A stretch of 64,000 bases of DNA. It comes from Squalus acanthias (Eukaryota). Of this stretch, positions 1 through 12,239 are shown piece by piece; within the stretch, counting starts at the first letter, position 1; the number at the start of each line of letters is the position of its first letter. The notes under the pieces are model-generated. The model was not told where the DNA came from and ran no database searches. It saw only the letters and a list, made by a program, of their open reading frames with translations. The stretch covers positions 248,001 through 312,000 of the forward strand of contig JASTWF010000493.1 of assembly GCA_030390025.1 (NCBI GenBank), in the 5' to 3' direction. A program made the translations under genes and the position numbers.

Positions 1-345
1 TATTTCAGTGGCGGTGGAGTTGAGGTAAGGGTGGAGGTAGGCAATGTTGCAGAGTTGGAAGTCAGTGGCCTTGGGATCAAATAGAACCATGGAGCTGCAC
101 TCCACCAAGTTCAGCTTGAGAGAGAAACCATGAAGGGGATAGAATCATGGCTAGGGCAACGTACTTTTGACAGGAGCTAAAAGGGATGTCTACTGTCTAG
201 CCTATGTTAAGTTGGAGAAATTCTGGTTCATCCATGATTTAATATTGGACAAGCAGACAGCCAGCACAGTGGTGGTCACAGGTGTTGAGAGTGGAGGCGG
301 AGTGGTAAAGCTGGGTGCTAGTAAACAAGTCAAGAAACAACTACA
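1..345 (-). mobile_element. Decayed L2/CR1-clade LINE fragment
   Basis: Resembles the reverse complement of the L2 RT C-terminal region at 56641-56900 and the plus-strand text of 29250-29600 (e.g. ggagaaattctggttcatccatga vs ggaggaaattacagctcatccaaga). Confidence 0.7.
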
Positions 346-426
346 TTATTTTTCTAATAATAGATAACCATAATGTAGACAGTTCAACATGAGAGCAGTT
401 TCCTGTGCAGCTTAGAGTAGAGGAGG

Positions 427-563
427 GGGGTCATTTTGATTTTGTGCGATAATGTAAAATGGGCAATAGCAAATCGGTAGCCTGCATTAAATTTCTCACA
501 AATGTTATTTCCATTGACTTCAATTGCAAGATGGGAAATGGCACAAAGTGATCAAATTACCCC
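427..563. mobile_element. Short non-autonomous DNA transposon (Harbinger-type MITE)
   Basis: Imperfect terminal inverted repeats ggggtcattttgattttgtgc / gcacaaagtgatcaaattacccc. Confidence 0.55.
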
Positions 564-1017
564 TGTACACACTATCAGTATAAAGAAAATAAAAATCACA
601 AAAATATTGGAAAATACATTGAAAATACAATGTGGGAAATCAACATTTTCTTGGGGGAATACACCCGCTCTCCAAAAAAATATGATATACAATGGCCTAG
701 AAATTGGATATGGCCCAAAAACGGGCGGTGTCATGGCCCAGCGCTATTTACTTGTATTGGGTCAAACTGGTCTAGGTAGCACGCAAAATTTGTGCTGACT
801 GAACATTTACATAATTATAGTGCTGATCTCAGTGCTAAACGTGCTGCTGATTGGCTTACCGCTCAACAGATGAGCCAATATCAGGCGCTGTCTAATTGCA
901 AGTAATGTTTGGCCTAGGCTTTCTCCACTACTTAAAGGGGAGGTGCTTTGATGCTGCAGCACCTCATTGTCATTGTACTTGGAGCGCCAATTGGATTCAT
1001 AACTGAACTTGAAAGAC

Positions 1018-2552
1018 ATGGCTGAGCACCAGCAGAGAGAAAGAGCCCGAAGGATGTCAGATGCGGCTCTGGAGGCACTGGTGGTGGCCGTGGAGAGGAG
1101 GTGGGCTGTGCTGTTCCCGCAGGGTAGCAGGAAGCCATCAGCCCATACATCGAGAAGGCTCTGGCAAAAGATATCTGGGTATGTGACGGCCAACAGTGTG
1201 GTACTGAGAACATAGATCCAGTGCCGAACGAAGTTTAATTACGTCACACGAGTGGTCAAGGTGAGTGAAGGCTTCAGCAAATGCCATATCTCAGCATCTG
1301 CACCACAAGCCTCACACACTGCTCAATGCACCACACCCCATCACTCACCTACTAACAATCTCTAGCTATCACCACTCATAACTCACAATCATAGCTTCAC
1401 TTTACCCTCCCAACCTTACCACTGCTGCAACACTCACACCTACATCTCACACCTTGCACACACTGACAGCTATTCAACTATGGTAGGCACATCACCCAAC
1501 CACATTGCAGCACAGTCACTGACACACTTTCCTTTCTCTTGCAGGCCAAGGTGGCTCAGGACCGCCGGGAGCAGCGGCAGATGGGAGGCGGCCAAGCTGC
1601 TTTACAGGCCTTGAGCCAACTGGAGGAGACAGTGTTCGACATCATCAGAGGGGAAGTCACCGAGGCTGTGGCAACGGGCGAGGTTGAAGCCCTTGGGGAC
1701 AATAACAGTATGGTCATTCCTCATCCTTCTTCTCACATCCCACTTCCCCCTCATCCCACAATCTCTTCTCACTTACAAGCTGCTGATGCTATATGTATGG
1801 ATATCTTGCTTTCCCCCCGCTCCCCTCAACATAACCCAACTCTTGTGCCTTTCTCCTTTCAGATGACCAAGATCTGCCACCCGCACAACCTGTCCCCGAA
1901 ACAATGGAGGAGAGTGAAGGAGAAGAAGAAGGCACACCATCACAGCATCTGACACTTGCAGACACCAGCTCAGAAACTGGCACTGTGAGAAATTTAGTGG
2001 GTAGTGTAGAAGCAGGATCTGCACAGGGTGAGCACCGGGCATGAGTGGGCTGCAGCAAGGCCTGGGAAAGGGTAGCTCGGGGGCCAGCTCCCCAGAGGGC
2101 GAGTTCGCGCGCGAGTTCTGCTGCACCCGACTCAGATGAGGACCTTGATGGGGCAGCCTTCAGAATAAGGGTGATGTGCTAGGTGCAATGGCAAGCCTGC
2201 TATAGAGCCTCTTGGCAATATCAAGGAGCATGGAGGAGTCCAACTCCAACATTGTATGCTGTTTTGCGCCGAGCTTGGAGCCCATGATTTCCAGGCTGGA
2301 AATGATGGACACCTCTAGGAGAGACCGTGTCGACCCAGACATGATGCTGCGTGTGATGGGCGATGTTGCGGCTGTCATTGTAGCACAGGGGGAAGCGACC
2401 CAACCTCTCAGTGCTGCAGAGCAAGTGCAGAGCGCTGTCATGCAGTCTCAGCTTGCTGCCATCGTGGCTGGGCTTACCAGTGTCGAAAGGGGCTTGCAGG
2501 GTGTCGTAGCAGGCTAGCAATCTGTCCTCCAACAGATTGCTAGGAATGCTTA
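1018..2552 (+). pseudogene. Harbinger Myb/SANT-like DNA-binding protein gene, spliced, disrupted
   Basis: Exon 1 1018-1260 (RARRMSDAALEALVVAVERR...LWQKISGYV...RT*IQCRTKFNYVTRVVK, in-frame TAG at 1213), donor gtgagt 1261; acceptor ttgcag 1544; exon 2 1545-1707; donor gtatgg 1708; acceptor tttcag 1862; exon 3 has further stops. The 3' end is approximate. Confidence 0.8.
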
Positions 2553-2680
2553 GGCGCCGACCCGGGAGAGTGGCAGTGGGTCTGTGGAGCAGGACGCTGT
2601 GATATTCCGTGACAGAGGGATGGTATGATGGGGATGTGGTTGATGGGGATGTGGTGAGCAGCAGGGATCTGGGGTTGCAT

Positions 2681-3848
2681 TCACTCGAATAGGAGTCTGA
2701 TGAGGTATTCACGGACAGCCCGTGCCAAAGGGGGATTTGCTGCCTGCCTCCTCCCTTCCTCCTCGTCCTCTTCCTCATCCTCCTCTTCCTCCTCCTCTCC
2801 CTTGTCCTCTTCCTGAGGTGGTCCCGCTCTCCCTGCTGTCAAGGGCTGCACCCTCATGGTGGCCAAGTTGTGGAGCATGCAGCAGACCATGAAATGGGAC
2901 ACCTGCACTGCCATGTACTGGAAGGCTCCTCCCGAACGGTCAAGGCAGCAGATCCAGTGGTCTGCTTGATGATGTTCCTGGTGGCAGCGTGGCTCTCATT
3001 ATATGAGTGCTGGGCACGAGTGTTGGGGTTGCAGAGGGGAGTCATCATCAGCCAGGTGTAGAGCGGATAGCCCTTGTCTCCAAGCAGCCAGCCTTGGGTT
3101 TGACGTGGTGGCTGGAAGATTGCTGGCACACCGGACTGGTGCAGGATGAAGGCATCTTGACTGCTGCCAGGATAGCGAGCATTGACATCAGGATGCGCTG
3201 GGCGTGGTCGCACAAGAACTGCATATTAAGTGAGTGGTAGCCTTTACGGTTACGGAAGATCTCAGCATTGTTATGTGGCGCCTACAAAGCCACATGGGTG
3301 CAGTCGATGGCGCCCTACACCATAGGGAAGCCTGCTATCCTGGCAAAGCCACAGGCATGCTCCTCCTGCTTCTCTCTGCTCAGGGGAAAGACAATGTAGT
3401 CCCTTCTCCTGGTGTAGCGAGCCTCTGTGACCTCCCGGATGCAGTGATGGATGGCTAACTGGGAGATGCTAGCTATGTCTCCTGCTGCAGACTGGAAGGA
3501 TCTGCTGGTGAAGAAATTGAGGGTCACGGTGACCTTGAGGGCCAATGGCAGCGCCGGGGTCGCCCAGCTCTCAGGCTACAGGCCTGGTTGCAGGAGGTGG
3601 CAGAGTTCTGTGGCCACCTCCTTGATGAAGTGGAGCCTCCGAATACACTGCTCCTCGGTTCAGTGGATATCAGAGAAGCGCTCTCTGAAGACCCTAGGTG
3701 GGTAAAGCCTCCTGTTGAGAGCCCTCCTATCCCTCCTCCTCCTTCCTCTGCGAGCATCTTCTCCTCTTCTTCGCTGCCTCCGCTCCCTCTCCCTCAGATA
3801 CTCGAGCGCGAGATCGACTGCCAGTAGAGCCCCCGTGACTGTGAGCAA
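2681..3848 (-). pseudogene. Harbinger (HARBI1-like) DDE transposase, disrupted
   Basis: Joined ORF pieces: YPPRVFRERF, LKVTVTLNFFTSRSFQSAAGDIASISQ, AGFPMV*GAIDCTHVAL, NRKGYHSLN, VNARYPGSSQDAFIL, GWLLGDKGYPLYTWLMMTP, YNESHAATRNIIKQT, CCMLHNLA; multiple stops and frameshifts. Confidence 0.92.
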
Positions 3849-4702
3849 GTGTTGTGAGCAGATGCCTTTAAATAAAAATGAAGGCGCTCTTCACTTGCAA
3901 CAACACTCTTTGTCACCTTAGGACCTTGAAAGAAGTTTAGAAAGCTGCAAGAGTTGTAGAAAATTCCACAGAGCCAGTCAAACTGAACAAACATGTCAGC
4001 TGCAAGTTGTTGCAGATTATTCCTTGAAATAGCGCTGCTGGAGTCTCCTTCCTGCTGCTTGTAAACACTTGCTCAGCTGGTCGTAATTAACACAGGCCGG
4101 TAAGTGGAGCAGCGCACTCCAAAATGGCAGATCAGGCGTCAGGTGAGTGTTACACACTCACTGACATCACGACCTGCATAATCTCCATAACGCTAGCGAG
4201 CGCGGACATCGGCAGCACTGCCATCCAGCCGAAAATGGCGGCCGTTGCAGGACTCACCAGCCGCGGGTGGAAGTGAGGTGGCCACCATTTTGTTTTCCCA
4301 AAACGGGCCTTAACGGCCAGCGCAAATGCTACGAATTTATAGGCCACAATATCTACGTCTAAAACCGCCACTATACCACTATTGAGAAGTGTAGATTCGG
4401 TGCTCGGTGGTTGATGCTATGCCCTCTGTTACAATGTGATCATTGCAAAGTCAGTCCACCGGAGCCATGTGCAGGTGCTAAAGAGCTTAAGAAGCAGTGC
4501 TGTAACCATCAGCAGCTGGTGTGCACATTTTTTTCTGCAGGTAAAATTGCAGACAGATAAACCAGTCACAAATGTATGGAAAAGTTAACTTCTAAATGTG
4601 TCAAAACAAAGTCAGGGGACAGCAAAACTACATTATGGTGTCATGAAGAAGTTGCTTTGACACCAGACCAGAGAAGTCATTGTGATCTCCTATAAAGACT
4701 GA

Positions 4703-4865
4703 GGCCTAGAAATCCGTCTCAGGCAGTGCCGCAAAGCGGGCGGTATCGGATCGGCCGCCCGTTAAACGCAGCGACTAATGGAACTAAATATCAGGTGCTG
4801 CGTATAATGGGTGGCCGTTCCAATACCGTGTGTTTTGCACTGCCACCTGAGACGGATTTCTAACC
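4703..4865. mobile_element. Palindromic Harbinger-type MITE
   Basis: ggcctagaaatccgtctcaggcagtgc ... gcactgccacctgagacggatttctaacc; the left terminus matches the TIR of the 694-4345 element. Confidence 0.75.
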
Positions 4866-5349
4866 ATTAGGTCACAGTAATTTAGAAGCTAATTAATTGT
4901 TTTAATCCCACATCGACTGAACAGTAAATAAATGATTCCAGGGCTCACAGTTTTGCATACGATATGAATCTTTTTATCAAGCAATCAGTGTTCTTAAAAT
5001 AGTAACAGACATAATGAAGTAGACAATCACAAACTCTTAAACAATTACCTCATTACATGACTCCAGAAGCAAATCTTAGGCAGCTGGAAAGTTAAAAATC
5101 AAGAACTTTGTAGCTCTTGGATGCAAGAACTGATGGAAATTGCTTCTAATGAGAAAATATTTTAAATTTCAGAAGGATTGACAAAGAAAGGGTGATATAT
5201 GCACATCTTCCTCCTATCCCCGCAAACATTACTCAGTTTGATTCCAGTTATTTTGAATGGGGAGGTATAATTCAGAGAATAAATTCAGGGCTTGGGTATA
5301 TGAGAGCTCGACAGTAGGGTGTGGGAGTGATGGGTTATATGTGCCTCAG

Positions 5350-5520
5350 AGAGCTTCCCTGATCACACAGTGGGCATGTTGCATGTTGTGGCACTGCACC
5401 ACAGGTCCCAGACTTGATCACTGGCCTGCGTTGAGTTAACTAATCTCAGTCAGGCTAGCAGCAGATCACAGTGAGAGGGGGCACGGCCATTTGTCTCACA
5501 ACGTTGGGGTAAGAAGGAAA
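5350..5520 (+). mobile_element. Ancient tRNA-derived SINE fragment (family B)
   Basis: Shares gagttaactaatctcag core with 9137-9540 and 8220-8260. Confidence 0.5.
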
Positions 5521-7789
5521 ATTATTTGCCATTATTTAAATTAAAGTTTACTTTCCCCTTCAAAAAAGGATAAATTTCTTCTCAGACCAAATCACAATTC
5601 TGTTCCACAGACCATTTTAGGTGAGAAGCACTGACCCCCTTCACACTCAGGGTGGCACAGTTATGTGTTGGTACGGCCTGCTAGGCTAAGGAATTTAAAG
5701 GAGAGTCTGCCTGAAGTTCACAGCCATACTGCAATATACAAATCACTGAGGCTTCTGTTACTGAGCTCCTTAACAGAATGAGAGTACATTTTAAGCAAAA
5801 TAATTGAAATTACGAACACTTAAGACTGAAAATTAAACTGAATGTGCTCATAAACTGGCAATGAGGAATTTCACTGATCAAGTTCTAGGAAAAGCTTTGG
5901 AGATGCCAATTTATACTCAAAGTTAACATTTATGCAATGCCGCAAGTAACTACGTGGCAGGCTGTATTGTCTCCAAATGGGAAATCTAGGTTTTTGTTTA
6001 TCAAAGAATTGGCAATGGGCTAAGAATTGATGATGAAAGCATATGTGATTGATTTAACCAGTTCCTCAGTGGTTCAGCAATCTGTACAGTAGTATTACAG
6101 TACTACTGAATAAGGGAATACACACTGTGGTGGTCTAATCTGTGTTGTAACACACATGCTAAACAGATTAACATGCCATGCCTGACCCAAACTTAGCAAA
6201 GCAGGGATAGAGTTTCTATGGCTCCATGTGGAAATTAACCTATATATCAGTGAGGGAAAAACGATCAGCTGCAAGTTGGCTGTTCCAGCTTCATAAATCT
6301 GAACAACAAAATATTACAGTTGTTATTCATGGTATTTCCCGTTGTCTGGATTTACTTCTGACACAAACAAATTCATTTATTGAACATTAGGAAAGTAGCT
6401 TCAAAACCCTTTAAAGAACACAGACATTAACCTTTTGCAAAATGCAATGATATATAGATTCGACTTATCCTATCTTTAACTGAAAGCAAAATAGCATTCC
6501 TATTAACTAATATATCTCCCCCTTTAAAATGATTCTCACAAATATTCTATGTAATTGATATGGCAGAACATATTATAGCCTGGATTAAGAAATTTAAAAA
6601 CATGTGGCCATTTAGTTTATGTGTGGTCTCTGTTAAAGTCTGATGAAGACTAGAACAGCATCACTAGAACAGCACCAAGCATTGACATTCATTTAGTCAG
6701 CTTTTATCATCATTGCAAACTGCAGCCAGTATAAATCTATTTTATTACTGTAATTATGTGTTCTTAGAGCTGAACTGTTCAACCATTTTTGCAACAGGTC
6801 CAATTTATTTTATTAGAAACAGTGTCTATCTAAGCCAAGATGCTAAGAATACTTCAGTATTATTCAAAGAAGTTAAAAAAAGTGCTTGACTCATGTTATT
6901 TGTTGCTGTCAGAGTAATGAATACTAGTTCTCCTTCAGGAATTCCTAATCCTCCCAGTGTGGCTGTAACCCCATAGATAATGTTATTATAGGACTGAACA
7001 AATAAACATTTTCACCAATTTAAACAGAAGTTAAACGAGCAGTAACATCAATCCAGAAAAGAAAGATATGTGTAAATGTAACACTGATTCCTTGGCTTTT
7101 TGCCAGAACATAGGAATACTCATTCCATTAGATTAACCCGTCTTTCAATAGTGAGACTGACTACAACACTGTCCACCCCCTTTTTTTCTTCTGTCAATGT
7201 GAAATATTCATCACACTGTTTCTTTTTAATTGCAGTGACCAGTACATTATCATACCAGAATCAAAGAACAAATTGCCAAGTAACACAAAGATGGGGACAT
7301 TAACTCTGAATGCAAGACTTGGAATATCCTTTGATATTGTATCCTTTGCAACTATACGGTATCCATATGTCTGTTTATCAGCTGTACTTCTGGTTAGACA
7401 ATGTCCCACTTGCCTACACATGGTTGATTCTACAGCTGTCAACCATTATGTTTCGGCATAACTTTCTTTAACGTATTCCAAACATGGCTTAATACTCAAA
7501 GGTATTCATAAGCATGCAGTAAAGTAAGGTGAAAGTAGAACCTCGATTGCAGGCTTTTATTAGCTGCATCAGTGAATTTAAATGGAAAGTTTAAGGAAGT
7601 ATCAGCAAGCATTTCAGAGTGCTACAAAGTTTAATGATATCTGAAGGACTTGATTTGTCATAGTTTTGAACTCCATTTTATAGACTTAGATTAGTCCCAG
7701 ATAGAGCTCTTCCAATAGTTCAGTTGATAAATGCCTTGTCTATAAGGCATACAGACCAGGAAGATCCAGATTTGAAAGAAAAAAAAATA

Positions 7790-8215
7790 AAGAACTTACA
7801 TTTATATAGTGCCTTTCACAACCTCAGAACATAACAAAGTGCTTTACAGCCAATTAAGTACTTTTGAAGTGTAGTCACTGTTATAATGTAGGAAACGTGG
7901 CAGCCAATTTACACACAGTAAGGTCTTACAAACTGTAATGAGATAAGGACCAGTTACTCTGTTTTAGTGATGCTGAATTGAGGGATAAATATTGGCTAGG
8001 AGAACTCCCCTGCTCTTCTTTGAAATAGTGCCATAGGATCTTTTACATCCACCTGAGAGGGCAGATGGAGCCTTGGTTTAATGTCTTATTCGAAAGATGG
8101 CACCTTTGACAGTGCAGCACTCCCTCGGTACTGCACTCAAGTGTCAGCCTGGATTACGTGTTCAGGTCTCTGGAGTGGGATTTGAACCTTCTGACTCAGA
8201 GCCGAGGCTGACACC
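7790..8215 (-). mobile_element. DeuSINE (SacSINE1/AmnSINE1-like) SINE
   Basis: Deu-domain-like core gaaatagtgccataggatcttttacatccacctgagagggcag...gacagtgcagcactccctcggtactgcac; tRNA-like head at the right end (B-box ggttcaaatcc on minus); second copy at 19945-20250. Confidence 0.75.
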
Positions 8216-8259
8216 TTCAATTACAGATCTGTGCTAAATTAGCTGACCTCAGTTAGGTG

Positions 8260-8408
8260 TACTCTTTTGAGCAACCCATAAACAAATAAACTGTAACTCA
8301 ACAAAAATACATTAAATGAAACTTAATAAATTAAATTAAAATTTGGTTGGCCATGGTGATGATGCACCCCAGTCCCTGCTGTGCCCACCGGTTGCGGAAG
8401 GCCTCGAG
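8260..8408 (-). mobile_element. 3' end of L1/Tx1-like LINE
   Basis: Minus-strand peptide LEAFRNRWAQQGLGCIITMANQILI* (8408-8331) followed by an AT-rich 3' UTR; flanked by a 13-bp TSD cctcagttaggtg (8247) / cctcagtcaggtg (8409). Confidence 0.65.
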
Positions 8409-8771
8409 CCTCAGTCAGGTGCATGGCAGGGAAGCTACTATTGGTGATGGCACTGCTTGGTTAGGGAGGCTGGAAAAGAATCAATCAGGGATTCTATTGT
8501 TGATTGCTTTCCAGTGATCTGTGCTGGAGAGTGTGCATATTTGGACAGAATTAGTCTCAGCTGTGAAACCAACCACAGTCAAATAGGCTGCTGATATGAC
8601 TATCTAGACCTATGGATGAAAAATAGTCAGTGGAGCAAAGTCTGCTGGTATTTGTGGAAATGTACCACAGAAGGTTTCAGCACTTTCAAGAGAGATGAGG
8701 AGAAAATTGTAGAGGGAAATAAAAGCCCTAGGTAGGCCTAGAGATATTTTATTGTACCCTTCTGAAATGTT

Positions 8772-9085
8772 TTTTCATTCATTCACGGGATGTGGGTGTC
8801 GCTGGCAAGGCCAGCATTTATTGCCCAGCCCTAATTGCCCTTGAGAAGGTGGTGGGGGAGCCACCTTCTTGAACTGCTGCAGTCCATGAGGTGAAGGTAC
8901 TCCCACAGTGCTGTTAGGGAGGGAGTTCCAGGATTTGGACCCAGTGACGATGAAGGAAGGCGATATATTTCCAAGTCAGGATGGTGTGTGAGTTGGAGGG
9001 GAACTTGGACGTGGTGGTGTTCCCATGTGCCTGCTGCCCTTGTAATTCTAGGTGATCGCAGGTTTGGGAGGTGCTGCTGAAGAAA
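8772..9085 (-). mobile_element. CR1-clade LINE 3' fragment
   Basis: Frameshifted RT C-terminus (tail ...HHLLKGN* then gggctgggcaataaatgctggccttgccagcgac) and a tgaa-type tail. Confidence 0.7.
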
Positions 9086-9136
9086 TGACAATATATTTAT
9101 CTCCAATATCAAGTGCCGCAATAAAAGTCACGATCT

Positions 9137-9540
9137 TAGCTCCCCAATGGCTCATTAGTAGAAGGCATGTGTAGCTAAGTCATACAAACCAGCAGGTTCC
9201 AGGTGGAATTCCCATGTGTATTGAGTTAGCTCATCTCAGCATGGATGACAGTCTGGGCACTACAATTGGCCTTAGTCTCCCTGGGCTAGGAAGGGGAAGA
9301 TCATCCCAGTCTTGATGCTATCCAGTGAACTATGCTGGAAAGTGCACATGTGTGGAGGTTGGGTGGGAGCAGGAACAAGCTCAGCTGTGATGAACCACAA
9401 AATGGAATATGTTGCCAACACTCCCTATTTAGGCTCACACTTGAAGAATGGCTATTTGGGTGAGGTACTGAAGTGCGCCTGGTACTCATGTTATGTACCT
9501 CAGTGGGTGTCAATGCCCTCAGGAGGGCAGAAAATTGACG
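9137..9540 (+). mobile_element. Ancient tRNA-derived SINE (family B), near full length
   Basis: A-box-like tggctcattagtag head; body repeated at 10670-10975, 20690-20900, 35510-35840 (-) and 63770-63850 (-). Confidence 0.65.
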
Positions 9541-10669
9541 CAACTAATTTGAGATTTCCCAGACTCATTTTATTACTGTATCCTCACAACCAACAAAGAG
9601 TAGAGATTTTTACCCATTAAAAAAGACATATTTTGGCCGACAGGATCGAGTACCAAATTAGCTCCATCAGATCTGTTTAAATTCCACAATATTCTGAATC
9701 ATTTCCTGATAGACTTATAAATACATGATTCACATGCCATTTTTACAAGGCTTGAAATGAAGACTGAAGTAACTCTCAGATTTTATTTTCCTATGTTTTA
9801 TGAATACCTTGAGTACTGAAGGGAAGTTATTAGGGAAAAGGAATGGAAATGCCTAATTTGTACAAATCTAACCAACATCCATCCACACTATTAAGATTCA
9901 TATTAATTGTTCACTTCCTCCTCAATATATATGCAACATGCAATTGTTACTCACTATTTATTACCAATCATAGAACACAGCCTGGGGTTACATTAGGAAC
10001 TGCTGTGGAGAACAGTAAAACCTCAATATTATTTGTGTACTTTCAAAATAGCATATGGTAGCTTCTAAAACCCAATAATTGCACTGAGCTGCCACAATTC
10101 ATTTTTGTTTTTACACATAAGCAAAAACACATCATCATAAATTCAAATAATCCTGAAAAAACTGCATGTTTTTTGAAAATTTGTAAAAATATTTCTTGGC
10201 ATGACTATTAGCTTTAACCCAGCAGCCTGGTTTCCTTTAACGAGCCCCTAACACTGGTCTTAATACACAAACCTCTTGGAGATACACAATACTTTGTAAA
10301 TACTGTATTCAGAAAAGAATTGTGTTCAAGAAGTGTTTATCTATTCAAAGAACTGTCATAGTCTTAATCAATACCACAGAAGCCCTGAAATGATAATTAA
10401 TGGAACTTTCCATGGATATGATTCACAGCTTTTAGTCATTGTTATATATCTGATATGTGTACTGTACTCCTGCTAAAAAAAATATAAAATATGTTACAGA
10501 TTCTCTAGGCATATCTAATTACTAATACTACATATAATTCATGCTGCAGTACAATACTTCAATATTCACAAAAAGCTGTTTTATTATATTTAACATAATG
10601 TAATGTGCATAGTCTCTGCCAATGTCTCAGCAAGTTTATGCATTGAATCCATACAGACATAGTTTTGAA

Positions 10670-10975
10670 TCCTAACCTGTGATTAGTTGGCATGGCAGTA
10701 GGAATGATATAGTTGGCCTCAGTGTCCCTGCATTAGGAAGGGCAAATAGGGTTTCCTATTTCTGATTTCTATCGGTAGCCTCTGTTGGAAGTGTACTTTG
10801 GAAGGGGACAAGATTGAGCTCAGCTATGATACCCACATAGTTGAATAAGCTGCCAAACCGCAAGGTAAAGGCTCACACATGTACACTGGCCACTTGAGTA
10901 AGGTATTAAAGGGGATCCAATGACCTGCAGATCCACGCCCAGCCATAAGCAGAGGGGAGAATGGAAGAAAAATAA
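10670..10975 (+). mobile_element. SINE family B copy
   Basis: ttggcctcagtgtccctgcattaggaagggc...gctcagctatgat...ggctcacacatg matches 9137-9540. Confidence 0.6.
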
Positions 10976-11087
10976 CAAATAAAATAAATGTTAAAAAATA
11001 ATGGGGGCCATATTCTTCTCGATGACACCAGTTTCCCACTGTAACTTGTGCAGGCAGAAACGTAAAATGGGTGGGAACTCACTATGA

Positions 11088-11992
11088 AGGACGACACCAA
11101 ATTGGGGTTGTAGTTACTACAAAGGGAGATTGTGACAAAATACAAGAAGACATTAATAAACTTTCAGAATGGGTGTTCAATTTGCAAATGATTTTCAATA
11201 TAGATAAGTGTGAGGTTGTGCATTTTGGTAGGAAGAATAAAGAGGCCACATACTGCTTGGATAATAAGAGTCTAAATGGGGTAGAGGATCTAGGGGTACA
11301 GATACACAAATCAATAAAAATAGTGGCACAAGTTAACAAGGTCATAAAAAAAGAAAATCAAGCACTGAGATTTATTTCTAGAGGGATAGAATTGAAAAGC
11401 AGGGAAATCATGTTAAACTTGTATCGAACCTTGGTTAGACCATACTTGGAGTAGTGTGCACAGCTCTGGTCTCCATATTATAAAAAAGATATAGAGGCAT
11501 TGGTGAAGATGTAAAAAAAGATTTACAAGGATAATACCAGAACTGAGAGGTTATAACTATCAGGAAAAACTGAACAGGCTGCAGCTCTTTTTTCTAGAAA
11601 AGAGAAGGCTGCGAGGTGACCTGACAGAGGTCTTTAAAATGATGAAGAGGTTCGATAGGGTAGACACAGCGAAGATGTTTCCACTTGTAGGGGATTCAAA
11701 AACTAGGGGCCACAAATATAAGATAGTCACTAATAAATCCAATAGGGAATTCAGGAAAACCTTTTTACCCAGAGTGGTAAGAATTTGGAACGCGCTACCA
11801 CAAGGAGTAGTTGAGGCAAATAGCATAGATGCATTTAAGGGGAAGCTGGATAAGCACATGAGGGAGAAAGGAATAGAAGGATATGCTGATAGGGTGAGAT
11901 GAAGAGGGATTGGGGGAGGCTCGTGTGGAGCATAGACCAGATGGGCCGAATAGCCTGTTTTTGTGCTGTAGATTCGGTGTAACTCGATGTAA
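11088..11992 (+). mobile_element. CR1 LINE 3' fragment (RT C-terminus plus tail)
   Basis: DDTK-like motif region, FNIDKCEVVHFGRKN, LYRTLVRPYLE, KTRGHKYKI, RVVRIWNALP; tail gtaactcgatgta. Confidence 0.9.
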
Positions 11993-12239
11993 GGAGAACT
12001 AATATGCCAGAATTATCAATTGAAGTCAGGGCGGGTGCATAATACATCTATGATGCCATACAACCTTTAAATGTTTTTTTAAAAATACTTTGGCCTGGAC
12101 TGTAGGTCCACTTACTTAGTTCCCTCCCTCCACTTGAGGTGGGTGCTCCTAAATGGCACCCACCCAAAATATTTAAATGACCTTGAGCCTAGAAAATAGG
12201 CTGGGATCAGGTGTGCAGGGAAGGGACCTTGGATGATCT

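Larger units (their letters stand above)
694..4345. mobile_element. Full-length decayed PIF/Harbinger DNA transposon with two convergent genes
   Basis: TIRs ggcctagaaatt (694) / aatttataggcc (4345); ACAAT on both flanks; internal Myb/SANT-like gene (+) and DDE transposase (-). Confidence 0.9.
7705..8715 (+). mobile_element. Ancient tRNA-derived SINE (family B) split by two nested insertions
   Basis: Pieces at ~7705-7775, 8218-8259 and 8409-8715 are colinear with the uninterrupted copy at 9137-9540. Confidence 0.65.

Noticed and set aside
2681-3848. Domesticated host HARBI1 gene
   Set aside because: Multiple stops and frameshifts, plus TIRs and the Myb partner, indicate a dead transposon copy.
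7080-7442. Possible PIF1/Helitron helicase remnant (minus-strand KSQG and LAFRVNVPIFVLLGN)
   Set aside because: Matches are too short, frames are broken and the flanking motifs are missing; a TBLASTN/HMM search would be needed.
8150-8215. tRNA gene
   Set aside because: Degenerate tRNA-derived SINE head with no cloverleaf.
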